This document shows positions 1-8,500 of a stretch of DNA of 64,000 nucleotides, piece by piece. The DNA lies in contig JACQCA010000012.1 of NCBI GenBank assembly GCA_016201865.1, forward strand, positions 4,447-68,446, in the 5' to 3' direction. The DNA is from Nitrospirota bacterium. GTDB lineage: Bacteria > Nitrospirota > Nitrospiria > JACQBZ01. The position numbers were made by a program, and so were the translations under genes. A model generated the notes under the pieces. That model saw nothing but the letters and a program-made list of their open reading frames with translations, was not told the DNA's origin and did no database searches. Position 1 is the stretch's first letter; each line of letters begins with the position of its first letter.

Positions 1-816
1 ATAGAGAAACCCACTGGGGCTAAAGGTAATAGACTTGGGATAGCTGAACTCTCCTGTTTTAATTCCTTCTCGGCCCCATTCCGAAAGGAATGCCCCATCG
101 CCGGTGAATTTTTGAATCCGATGATTATAGGTGTCGGCCACATACACATGACCCGTTTGATCCACGGCCACTCCAAACGGCCTGAAGAATTCTCCCGACT
201 TATTCCCTGGTTTTCCCCAAGCGCTAAGGAGCTTTCCCGTCTTATCAAATTTCACGATCCGGTGATTATCGGTATCGGCCACATAAACCATGCCGTCAGC
301 GGAGAGGGCCAGTCCTATTGGGATCAATAATTCTCCGGCAGGGGTATCCGATCCATTCCACATCGAGCGAAAGATGCCTTCCGGTGTGAAGACCTGGATG
401 CGACTGTTACCGGAATCAGCGACATAGATCAAGCCGTCGGGACCGATAGCAATTCCCAAGGGATTTCTAAAATCACCGGCCTCACCCCCCTCTTTTCCCC
501 ATTCTTGCAGTAAATTCCCCTGCGGACCAAACACACGAATTCGACTGGCTCCTGAATCGGCCACGTACACCCGTTTATTATCGGGAGCAACCGCGATGCC
601 ATGAGGGTACAAGAACAACCTCTGCTCAATCGAAGATCCTTTTCCTAATTGTGAAACATACCGATACCTTTCTCCTATCTGGATCCTATAGGAATCGCTT
701 TCGGGAGATTCGTGGGTTCCTCTTTCGCCTTTCTCGAAAGAGAACGCAGCCGGAAGGAAACCTATCGCTACGATTCCTATTGTCAGCAAGATCGTCTTGA
801 ACCGGTGTCTATTCAT
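1..816 (-). CDS. NHL-repeat beta-propeller protein, secreted (partial; C-terminal part runs off the window start)
   Basis: Absent from the ORF track because it is edge-truncated. ATG near 816 (complement) gives MNRHRFKTILLTIGIVAIGFLPAAFS (signal peptide). Blades then carry the NHL signature, e.g. VYVADSGASRIRVF, IYVADSGNSRIQVF, VYVADTDNHRIVKF, VYVADTYNHRIQKF. The frame stays open to position 1. Confidence 0.7.
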   Translation of the reverse strand, partial: MNRHRFKTILLTIGIVAIGFLPAAFSFEKGERGTHESPESDSYRIQIGERYRYVSQLGKGSSIEQRLFLYPHGIAVAPDNKRVYVADSGASRIRVFGPQGNLLQEWGKEGGEAGDFRNPLGIAIGPDGLIYVADSGNSRIQVFTPEGIFRSMWNGSDTPAGELLIPIGLALSADGMVYVADTDNHRIVKFDKTGKLLSAWGKPGNKSGEFFRPFGVAVDQTGHVYVADTYNHRIQKFTGDGAFLSEWGREGIKTGEFSYPKSITFSPSGFLY

Positions 817-851
817 TAAGTGACCTGCACAAAAGGTTTTGTCGGTGTCAT

Positions 852-2798
852 TTACAAGCCTGGTGTTTGAACCTTGGTAAAGATTTGAACACGGTTGTTA
901 AAGGAATCGGTTACATAGACGGTAGCGCCGTCCCGGGTCACGGCCAAATCGATCGGCAAGTTAAACTCTCCCTCACCGGAACCAAAATCCCCAAACTCGG
1001 TTACAAACATTCCATCGGAAGAAAATTTCTGAATGCGGTGATTTCCGGAATCGGCTACATAAACGGCCCCGTCGCCATCCACATCGATGCCAAGCGGAGT
1101 CTGGAATTGGCCGGGGCCGCCACCGAATCGGCCCCATTGATGAAGCAGGGTTCCTTCCTTATCGTATTTCAAGACGCGATGATTGCCGGCATCCAACACG
1201 TACAGACTTCCATCGGCCGACGCCGCGATACCGATGCAGTCTTCAAACTGCCGCTCTCCAAGGCCATGGGTGTTGACCGGCCTGACGAGTGGAGCGGCCG
1301 CGTCCGGGCGGGGCATAAAATCGAACGGAAGCCTTTCGTCCGGAATGTTGTTGAGGCCGCTTAACGAGCGGGTATCTTTCTCTTCATGGGTGCCGAAGCC
1401 CCTCCACTGTGCGAGAAAACCTCCGGTGGTGGTGAATTTCTGGACACGATGGTTTAGGGTATCCGTTACATAGAGAGCCTCTCCAAGGATCGTAACCGCC
1501 TCGGGAAAAGTGAATTTGCCCTCCCCCATTCCGGCACCACCCCAGGACAAGAGCGAATGTCCCTCCGGGTCAAACTTCTGAACGCGATGATTGCTGGCCT
1601 CCACGACGTAGAGCGCCCCCGTCTTATCCACCGTGAGACCAAACGGACCGTTAAGCTGACCCTTTTCCACGCCCGCCGTGCCGATTTTTCCCAACAAATG
1701 TCCCTGAAGGTCGAACTTTTGGACCCGGCTGTTCGCCATCTCGGCGACAAAGACCGCTCCCCGTGTTTCATCAAGCGCGATGCCGGCCGGAATGCTGAAG
1801 GCCCCGGGTTCGGAGCCGGCGGACTTGCCGATCGTAAGCAACGGTTTGCCCTTGGAGGAAAATTTCTGAATGCGGTTGTTTCCCGAATCGGCCAGATAGA
1901 TGTCGCCCTGCAAATCAACGGCGAGGCCGGACGGCACCAGGATTTCTCCCTTGCCCGCACCCGGCCTTCCCCAATGGTCCAGCAGCTTTCCGTCGGAACT
2001 AAACTTGAACAGCCGGTGCTCGCGCATATCGCTTACATAGACAAACCCTTTATCATCCACCGCGATCCCGTGCGGAAGACCGTCCACCAGCCAGGTCGCA
2101 AGGAAATGTCCATCGGCATCGAATTTCTGGACGCGGCGGTTATGCCGGTCGGCGACATACACGGCGTCTTTACCGTCCACCGCGACACCGGTCGGGAAGT
2201 TGAATTGGCCGTTGCGAATTCCAAATTGTCCGATCTGGCGTACAAATTTCCCATCGGGGGTGAATCTTTGGATGCGGTGATTAACCGTATCGGCCACGTA
2301 AACGGCTCCATCCGGGCCGACCGCAACAGCGGAGGGCACACGAAACTGTCCATCTCTATTCCCGGTTGAACCCCACTCGATCAGTAGTTTTCCTTCGGCC
2401 GAGAATTTCTTGATCCGATTGGTTGTGGCATCCGCGACATAGACGTTGCCCTCGCGGTCCACGGCAAGTCCGCGGGGTTCCCGCAATTGATCTGTGCCGA
2501 CATCGGCTCGCCCCCATGCGGCGAGAAATTGTCCGGAGGAAGAGAACTTCTGTATCCGATTATTGCGCAGATCGGCTACATAGACGAACCCGTCCGGGGA
2601 GACGGCCACGCTGACCGGTGTGCGAAATTCGCCATCCTGAGCGATGGCGCCCTTTGCCCATTGACCGAAGAAGCGGTAGGACTCGTCGGCAAGCGCGACC
2701 GGTGTTTGAGGCGAATGGAGGAGGCTAATGGTCAGATAAAACAATGATACACACGCGCTTTTCTTAAGCCCTTTTCCTTGTGTCGTTTTCCCCATCAC
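852..2798 (-). CDS. NHL-repeat beta-propeller protein (648 aa, roughly 12+ blades, two propellers), secreted
   Basis: Track ORF with hydrophobic signal peptide (LFYLTISLLHSPQTPVALA). Blade motif YV(A/T)D..N(H/N)R(I/V)QKF recurs many times (NNRIQKF, TNRIKKF, VNHRIQRF, HNRRVQKF, GNNRIQKF...). The track start 2798 is GTG; the ATG at 2795 with a GAGAGG upstream is the more likely start. Confidence 0.8.
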   Translation of the reverse strand: MMGKTTQGKGLKKSACVSLFYLTISLLHSPQTPVALADESYRFFGQWAKGAIAQDGEFRTPVSVAVSPDGFVYVADLRNNRIQKFSSSGQFLAAWGRADVGTDQLREPRGLAVDREGNVYVADATTNRIKKFSAEGKLLIEWGSTGNRDGQFRVPSAVAVGPDGAVYVADTVNHRIQRFTPDGKFVRQIGQFGIRNGQFNFPTGVAVDGKDAVYVADRHNRRVQKFDADGHFLATWLVDGLPHGIAVDDKGFVYVSDMREHRLFKFSSDGKLLDHWGRPGAGKGEILVPSGLAVDLQGDIYLADSGNNRIQKFSSKGKPLLTIGKSAGSEPGAFSIPAGIALDETRGAVFVAEMANSRVQKFDLQGHLLGKIGTAGVEKGQLNGPFGLTVDKTGALYVVEASNHRVQKFDPEGHSLLSWGGAGMGEGKFTFPEAVTILGEALYVTDTLNHRVQKFTTTGGFLAQWRGFGTHEEKDTRSLSGLNNIPDERLPFDFMPRPDAAAPLVRPVNTHGLGERQFEDCIGIAASADGSLYVLDAGNHRVLKYDKEGTLLHQWGRFGGGPGQFQTPLGIDVDGDGAVYVADSGNHRIQKFSSDGMFVTEFGDFGSGEGEFNLPIDLAVTRDGATVYVTDSFNNRVQIFTKVQTPGL

Positions 2799-2843
2799 CG
2801 GGCCTCTCGATCGATATGTTTTTGAACAGATAATCCTACCTTA

Positions 2844-2872
2844 AATCTATCAATAAATCCAGACTTTGTCAA
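2844..2872 (-). promoter_or_regulatory. candidate sigma70-type promoter for the NHL gene (852..2798)
   Basis: On the minus strand: TTGACA, 17-nt spacer (aagtctggatttattga), TAGATT. It lies in a 120-bp AT-rich gap between the BNR gene stop (2918) and the NHL gene start. Coordinates +/-2. Confidence 0.35.
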
Positions 2873-2917
2873 GGTTTCATAGAGGATAGTCCGCTTGAAA
2901 AATTATTCGAACCGCCC

Positions 2918-4150
2918 CTATAAATTAATGTTGATTCGCTTCCAGGTGGCCCCGGCATCCTGACTTTTCATGATGTATCCTAAAAAGGTCCCGGTGTAAA
3001 GGGTTGTATGCCGTAGCGTATCGATCGCAAGACTTGTAGTGTTATTACCTTGTTGGATCTCTCCATTGTCAATGTTCTCCCAGAAATTTCCTTCACTAAA
3101 ATAGTTCCTGGACAATCCATATACCCCCGCGTACAGAGCATCCTTGGCCCTCAACGCGTCGTCTGCCGGAGTATCGTTCAGATCCGGAATGGTCGGTGGG
3201 CATCGCGGCTCCTTCTGGATGCAAAAGGTCAGAACACGGACACTGAAACTCTGTACAGCAAACGGTATCGATACAACATTCCAACTCGTCCCCCCATTTG
3301 AACCTTTAAACAAGCTTCCCAGCGATTGACCTTCTCCCCCGCTGGTCCCCACATAAAGATCCGTCGGCACACGCGGATTGACGGCGATCACAAGAGGTGA
3401 GGCCGTCGTCTTTTCGCTCAGCCCCCCCAGAAGGGCCTCCTCCCATTTATTGCTGGTTCGGTTGAACCTGTAGAGATGGCCGCCTTCCGTCCCGGCATAA
3501 ATGTCCGAAGGCAACTTAATGTATGAGAAGACGGTCAACGCCGTCACGGTCATCTCGACAAGCCCGTTATTCATCTGGGTCCAATTAAGCCCATCGTCCT
3601 GGCTGACCCAGACGCCGCTTTCTTGGCTACCCACATAGAGACAGCGAGAAGGCGAACAGGGGGTAGACCATGGATCCACGGCGATCGCCGTAATGCTTTT
3701 GATGGTACCGGCAGAGGTCGACGGGTTAAACCAGTTCGCTCCGCCGTCGATCGTTTTAAATAATCCGTTATTCTCGGTGCCGGCATAAAGGGTCGCGGGA
3801 TCTTTTGGATCCATCACCAGTTTCGAAATATTCCATTCAATCAGCCCATCGACGATCCGGGTCCAGCTTCCTCCGCCATCCGGGCTTTTGAAGATGCCCC
3901 CGCCCGCCGTCGCCGCATAGACGGTGGGACAGTCCACCAGACCGGTGGAGCCATCCAAACTGCAACTGTTGGGGTCCAACAGAAGGGAAGTGATGGCATA
4001 GGAACTTCCGGTCTGCTTATTCGATGCGCTTCCCCAACAACCGCTTAAACTGATGGGAATCATGAATAATACGAATAAACCAACAATAAAACCGATACGG
4101 TTCATTCTACCTTTCCATCGAGACGACCGGAGAACTGGTGGACCGAACAA
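2918..4150 (-). CDS. BNR/Asp-box repeat beta-propeller lipoprotein (sialidase / xyloglucanase / Ycf48-like fold)
   Basis: Repeated YAGTENNGLFKTIDGGANW, YVGSQESGVWVSQDDGLNW, YVGTSGGEGQ...GSNGGTSW (S-x-D-G-G-x-(T/N)-W BNR signature). The probable start is the internal Met at ~4105 (MNRIGFIVGLFVLFMIPISLSGC, lipobox LSGC), which abuts the stop of the upstream gene at 4107. Confidence 0.65.
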   Translation of the reverse strand: MFGPPVLRSSRWKGRMNRIGFIVGLFVLFMIPISLSGCWGSASNKQTGSSYAITSLLLDPNSCSLDGSTGLVDCPTVYAATAGGGIFKSPDGGGSWTRIVDGLIEWNISKLVMDPKDPATLYAGTENNGLFKTIDGGANWFNPSTSAGTIKSITAIAVDPWSTPCSPSRCLYVGSQESGVWVSQDDGLNWTQMNNGLVEMTVTALTVFSYIKLPSDIYAGTEGGHLYRFNRTSNKWEEALLGGLSEKTTASPLVIAVNPRVPTDLYVGTSGGEGQSLGSLFKGSNGGTSWNVVSIPFAVQSFSVRVLTFCIQKEPRCPPTIPDLNDTPADDALRAKDALYAGVYGLSRNYFSEGNFWENIDNGEIQQGNNTTSLAIDTLRHTTLYTGTFLGYIMKSQDAGATWKRININL

Positions 4151-5162
4151 CCTTTTGTCCGGCCATTTCGACTACGGTAATCTCACCGTAACGCTCTCCA
4201 TACGAAACGTAGAGCCGCCCGCCGTCCGAGGTGGTCGTCATGCATCGGGGGGAATACTTTAATGGAATCGTCACGACCGCCTCCTGCTTCGCCGGATCCA
4301 CGACCGAAATGCTCTGCGATTGATTATTGAGGACATAGATCGGTCCTCCGGCAACCGTCAGAACTTCCATCGGCCGTTCCCCGATCCGGATTTTCCGAAT
4401 CACCTTCAGATCGTCCGTTCGAACGACGTTGAGCGTGCCGACATGGGCATCGCTCACAAACAGGAGCTGTCCGTCTTCCGAGACGGCTACATCGGTCGGG
4501 AATTCTCCCACGGAAGCTTTCCGAATCACCTCGAAGGAAGCGATCTCCACCACGGACAGATCGCCCGTGCCGCGATGCAGCACATACGCGTACCGACCTT
4601 CCGGATGAATGGCCATATCGGCGGGACGACCTCCTAACGAAAGGGTCTTCAGAACCTTGAGGGTATTCTTATCAATGACGGACAGGGTATCGGAGCCGTA
4701 GTTCGTAACGAAAAGATAGGGGGTTCGGGCCGATGTGGCGGCTCGAATTGGACGGTGCCCGACCGGGATTGTTTTCACCGCCTCCGGCGTTTTGAGGTTG
4801 ACGACCGTCACGTCATCCGAAAGGTAATTCACCACATACCCGATCTCACCGTCCATCGCCATCGCGATCGGCTTCCGGCCGACCGGAATTCGGTGAAGCG
4901 GACGAGCGGTCGCCGCATCCAAGATGAGCAGGCCGCTTTGCGGTTCGGAGTCGCGCAGCAGGTACAGGCGGGCATCATCGGGGGAAACGACGACGCGCAT
5001 AAACCCTTCCGGGATATCCGCCCAGGCCGCCTCGCCGGGATCATCCGGTGTGTGCGGTGCGGGGCTTGCGGTAAGCGTCGACAAGGCGCAACCCATTAAG
5101 ATCAATGATAAGGACGCTGCTGCTTGAACCATGACCCCGTTTCGCTTGAGTCGTTTTTTCAT
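4107..5162 (-). CDS. YVTN-family beta-propeller repeat lipoprotein (351 aa)
   Basis: Lipobox LILMGCALS. Blades of the 40-residue YVTN type: YVVNYLSDDVTVVNL, FVTNYGSDTLSVIDK, YVLHRGTGDLSVVEI, LFVSDAHVGTLNVVR, YVLNNQSQSISVVD. Confidence 0.7.
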   Translation of the reverse strand: MKKRLKRNGVMVQAAASLSLILMGCALSTLTASPAPHTPDDPGEAAWADIPEGFMRVVVSPDDARLYLLRDSEPQSGLLILDAATARPLHRIPVGRKPIAMAMDGEIGYVVNYLSDDVTVVNLKTPEAVKTIPVGHRPIRAATSARTPYLFVTNYGSDTLSVIDKNTLKVLKTLSLGGRPADMAIHPEGRYAYVLHRGTGDLSVVEIASFEVIRKASVGEFPTDVAVSEDGQLLFVSDAHVGTLNVVRTDDLKVIRKIRIGERPMEVLTVAGGPIYVLNNQSQSISVVDPAKQEAVVTIPLKYSPRCMTTTSDGGRLYVSYGERYGEITVVEMAGQKVVRSTSSPVVSMER

Positions 5163-5217
5163 CTCTGACCCATTTACATGGCATCGTTATTGAAGCCGCA
5201 CCTGATGCTTAACGCAC

Positions 5218-6012
5218 TTAACGACCTTTCAGCACAAAATCAACCCGTGTCTCGTTCTTAGCCTTTACTTCAACCGGTTGGGTGATCCTATCGGGAGCGT
5301 CGTATACGGGTCGCTGTAACAGACCTGGGCCGGATTTTAATGAATCCTCATAGGAGGAACGGTTCGTCATCGTATAGCCTTCATGCCAGGCCACCAGCGT
5401 GTATTCTCCCGGCGGCACACCGGCGATTCTAAAACGTCCATTCTCTTCAGTAACTGAAAAGTAGGGGTGATCGAGTGAAACGGCCCATCCCTGCATGTGT
5501 GCGTGCGAATCACACTGGATATGAATGATACCGCCGCTTTTGATCGTCCTCTTTGCAACATGACCCATTTGGGGCAGCGCGAGGTTGAAAAGCGTGGCGC
5601 CCCGTTCATTGAATGCATGCACGTTGTGAAGCACCATGTCATTGCTATGAAACACGACAGGCCTATTTTTAAAAACGACCGATACATGGGGAACAAAAAG
5701 GCACTTAAAAGCGTCAATGGCCATGCCGGTTGGAATGGCTTTTCCTCGATGAATACCTTCAAGGTACACCACGGTATTCTTGACGCCCTTGTTGGAGGGA
5801 TTGACCACAAGCACCGGATCCCACACCGCCTCCCCGCAGAATTCAGGGTTCTTGACCACCGGAATGGCCGGGATATCGGGCACCGAACCCGCAAAAGTGA
5901 CTCGCCCGAAGATCGTGCCGCTTTCTACGACCTCCGTCTCATCGTAAGCCAAAGCTGCGCCCCAGGGATTCATGAGTAAGACTGTTATGGCAATCCAAAC
6001 AAACCGAGTCAT
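5218..6012 (-). CDS. cupredoxin-like (type-1 copper) domain protein with C-terminal CarbopepD_reg-like beta-sandwich, secreted (264 aa)
   Basis: Signal peptide MTRFVWIAITVLLMNPWGAALA. Candidate blue-copper ligand set: His in VVFHSNDMVLHNVH, then GGIIHIQCDSHAHMQGW (C-x2-H-x2-M, the amicyanin/pseudoazurin spacing in the G.Y...C..H..M.G context). The C-terminal GRFRIAGVPPGEYTLVAWHEGY is a typical carboxypeptidase-regulatory-like domain motif. Confidence 0.5.
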   Translation of the reverse strand: MTRFVWIAITVLLMNPWGAALAYDETEVVESGTIFGRVTFAGSVPDIPAIPVVKNPEFCGEAVWDPVLVVNPSNKGVKNTVVYLEGIHRGKAIPTGMAIDAFKCLFVPHVSVVFKNRPVVFHSNDMVLHNVHAFNERGATLFNLALPQMGHVAKRTIKSGGIIHIQCDSHAHMQGWAVSLDHPYFSVTEENGRFRIAGVPPGEYTLVAWHEGYTMTNRSSYEDSLKSGPGLLQRPVYDAPDRITQPVEVKAKNETRVDFVLKGR

Positions 6013-6022
6013 TTATGTCTCA

Positions 6023-7228
6023 TTAATAGCAACAGGTGTTTTCTCCCAAATCTACGAAATAGACAAACATTCCATCCGTGGCAATCTCTAAAGGTTTTTT
6101 GAAGCCGACTCCACTGGCCAACTCCATTTGTGCAGGAGGAGGGCCGCCTTTTCCGATGCTCTTAACCGATGCGCTCCATACCTCGCTCCAGTAGACTTTG
6201 TTGTTATCCACGGCTACATTCATAGGCCAACTCAGCGATTCCGCCAGCAAGGTGCAGGATAATGAAGCCGAACCGGTTCCACAATCGGCCGGTGTAATCG
6301 GGTTCATTGGATCGGCATTCACTCCCGTAAGTTTATAGATCCTGCCCGCATCGGGACGCCCGACGTTAAAGTCCGCAAAATAAAGGATGTTTATACCATT
6401 ATTCTGAACCTCCAGCACAGGCGGGTACGGCGTTGAAAGCCCGGTGATCAGATTTTCCTGAACCGGCGGTATCGTAGACGCCGTCCGGCTCATCCGAAAC
6501 ACCCTCCCGCCGTACATTTCAACGACATAGACATACTGGGAATCCACCGCCACACCGACAGGCACGCTGAGATTCCCGGCCAAGGTCTCGACGCCCGTAA
6601 TCGTTCCGTCACTTCCAACCCGAATCTTTTTGACCGCGCCATCGGTATAGCCGTTCGTCTGTGTGCCTCGCTCGGAAAAGTAGACCGAGACCCCATTTTG
6701 ATCCGTGATTGCGACGACGGCAAACGGCGAGTTAAGGCCCGTCGCAAGAACGGTCTTTATTCCGGTATTAAGGTTCACGCGATCAACGGCGCCGTTGTCG
6801 CCATACTCCGTGAAATAAAGATCCCCATTATTGACGAACGAACTCCTCGGATTATTTAGTCCCCCCACCAGCACCTCCGGCGCGGTCCCCTGTACTGCAT
6901 CCGCATGGAGTTTTAGGATGCGCCCCGTACAATTTCCTGTTCCATCCTCGGTGAAATAGAGCATGCCGTTATCTACGGTCACGTGCCATGTAAGATTGAG
7001 CTGACCCACAAGCCTTTCCGGAAACGGCCCTCCGTTGACGGGCACTTTATAGAGCGCGCTTTTGTCTGTTTGAAACACGGAATCGCATTGGACTGCTAAA
7101 GCATTATTGTTCGGATTGGTCGTATTCGTGTTGGATGAAGGCGAGCTCATACAACCTCCCACCACGCCAAGCGCAGCCGAAACCGCCAGCGCGAGACCCA
7201 TCAGCGCATATCGTATTTGAAGTCGCAT
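6023..7228 (-). CDS. beta-propeller repeat lipoprotein (YWTD / NHL-like blades), 401 aa
   Basis: Lipobox VVGGCMSS. Repeated (L/V)YF(T/S)E...G.(I/V).(K/R)(L/V) blades: MLYFTEDGTGNCTGRILKL, DLYFTEYGDNGAVDRVNL, VYFSERGTQ...VKKIRV, ILYFADFNVG...RIYKL, KVYWSEVWSASVKSI. Confidence 0.5.
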   Translation of the reverse strand: MRLQIRYALMGLALAVSAALGVVGGCMSSPSSNTNTTNPNNNALAVQCDSVFQTDKSALYKVPVNGGPFPERLVGQLNLTWHVTVDNGMLYFTEDGTGNCTGRILKLHADAVQGTAPEVLVGGLNNPRSSFVNNGDLYFTEYGDNGAVDRVNLNTGIKTVLATGLNSPFAVVAITDQNGVSVYFSERGTQTNGYTDGAVKKIRVGSDGTITGVETLAGNLSVPVGVAVDSQYVYVVEMYGGRVFRMSRTASTIPPVQENLITGLSTPYPPVLEVQNNGINILYFADFNVGRPDAGRIYKLTGVNADPMNPITPADCGTGSASLSCTLLAESLSWPMNVAVDNNKVYWSEVWSASVKSIGKGGPPPAQMELASGVGFKKPLEIATDGMFVYFVDLGENTCCY

Positions 7229-7287
7229 GATCCTTAATCCCCCCTTAACGGTCCATCCCTGATTTTACATCGACACGTTCACAACTC

Positions 7288-8475
7288 TTATTGAAGATAC
7301 GCGTATTTCAGAGCATTATTGGTGGTGTCGCGGTAGATGATGTGGATCGTCCCGTTGCCGTCCTCGGCCATGGCCGATGTCCGGCCCACGTCCCCCGCCT
7401 CGTCGATCGTCTGATACGTCCAACCGTTTGCCGTCAGCACGGCATGCTTTAAGTCCTGATGGGTCCCGTCGAAATAACTCAGACGCAACTGACCCAAATG
7501 ATCGATCAGGCTTGCCAGTTGCAAATAACCCGTCGATTGAACGCCATCGCTGACGTACGTCAGATCTCCCACGGCAGACACCATCTCGGGAGTGGTCCAT
7601 GCTCCGCCGGCTTTGACTGTGTGTTCCAACGTCTGCCCGGCAATATCATAAAAAACAATATGAGGAACCGTCCCAGCCAATCTCAATTCCATCCGGGTTT
7701 CGCCGACGAGAGGAGAGGTCGTGACGTCTTCGGGATTTGAAAAACCATTGCCGGCCCCGACCATGTATTTTATCTTTTTCTCGACGGCGTCAAAAAAGGC
7801 CAGATGAAGATTATTGTTGACGTCGATCTGGAGCGACATCTGCGTTACATCGGGGTCGAGCCAAACCGATGTGGGCGCCCATGTTCCCGTTGAATCCTTT
7901 TTCGCATAATACACGCCGGACCCTGTCACGCAGTATCCAATATAGACATTCCCAAGCGCATCCAGCCTCAAATCGGCGCCGGGGCAGACCCCTCCCGGAT
8001 TCGCGACAACCTCAAAGCTCCAGGGATTCCCGGTGCCCGACATCTGCGTTGTGTACAGCAGCCTCCCGTTTGTCACATCCCAGTAGGCCAGGTGAACCCG
8101 TCCAAGACCATCCACGGCAATGCTGGTGTATCGGCCGACATCCACCGAAGGATCGTAAATATTCCCATCCACGGTCTCGACCGTCCAGACACCGGACTGC
8201 ATCACGGCATGCCGCAGCGCGCCGCCGCCCGACGCGATCAAATCATTCTTGGCATAATAGCTCGCATGCAAACGGCCGTCCGGGGCTATGGCGAGTGACG
8301 GATAGGCCCCGATGCGATAGTCGGCATCCACGACAAAGGTTTTGAAGTTGTTTCCCGGCGTCGCTGAATGATTCGGCGCGGCGGCATCCATGCAGGAGGT
8401 CAGGCCGTAAACCATAACGGCCGAGAGGATCCCGGCGCCCAAAAGGGTTCGAACTTTACGTTCTTGAGAAATCAT
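7288..8475 (-). CDS. beta-propeller repeat lipoprotein, family unassigned (395 aa)
   Basis: Lipobox VYGLTSCMD. Periodic blades end in ...LHLAFFD..KKIKYMVG, ...LRLSYFD..QDLKHAV, ...IHIIYRD..NALKYAYL. Confidence 0.45.
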   Translation of the reverse strand: MISQERKVRTLLGAGILSAVMVYGLTSCMDAAAPNHSATPGNNFKTFVVDADYRIGAYPSLAIAPDGRLHASYYAKNDLIASGGGALRHAVMQSGVWTVETVDGNIYDPSVDVGRYTSIAVDGLGRVHLAYWDVTNGRLLYTTQMSGTGNPWSFEVVANPGGVCPGADLRLDALGNVYIGYCVTGSGVYYAKKDSTGTWAPTSVWLDPDVTQMSLQIDVNNNLHLAFFDAVEKKIKYMVGAGNGFSNPEDVTTSPLVGETRMELRLAGTVPHIVFYDIAGQTLEHTVKAGGAWTTPEMVSAVGDLTYVSDGVQSTGYLQLASLIDHLGQLRLSYFDGTHQDLKHAVLTANGWTYQTIDEAGDVGRTSAMAEDGNGTIHIIYRDTTNNALKYAYLQ

Positions 8476-8500
8476 TTTCCCTCTTTTTACTTTTCAATCC

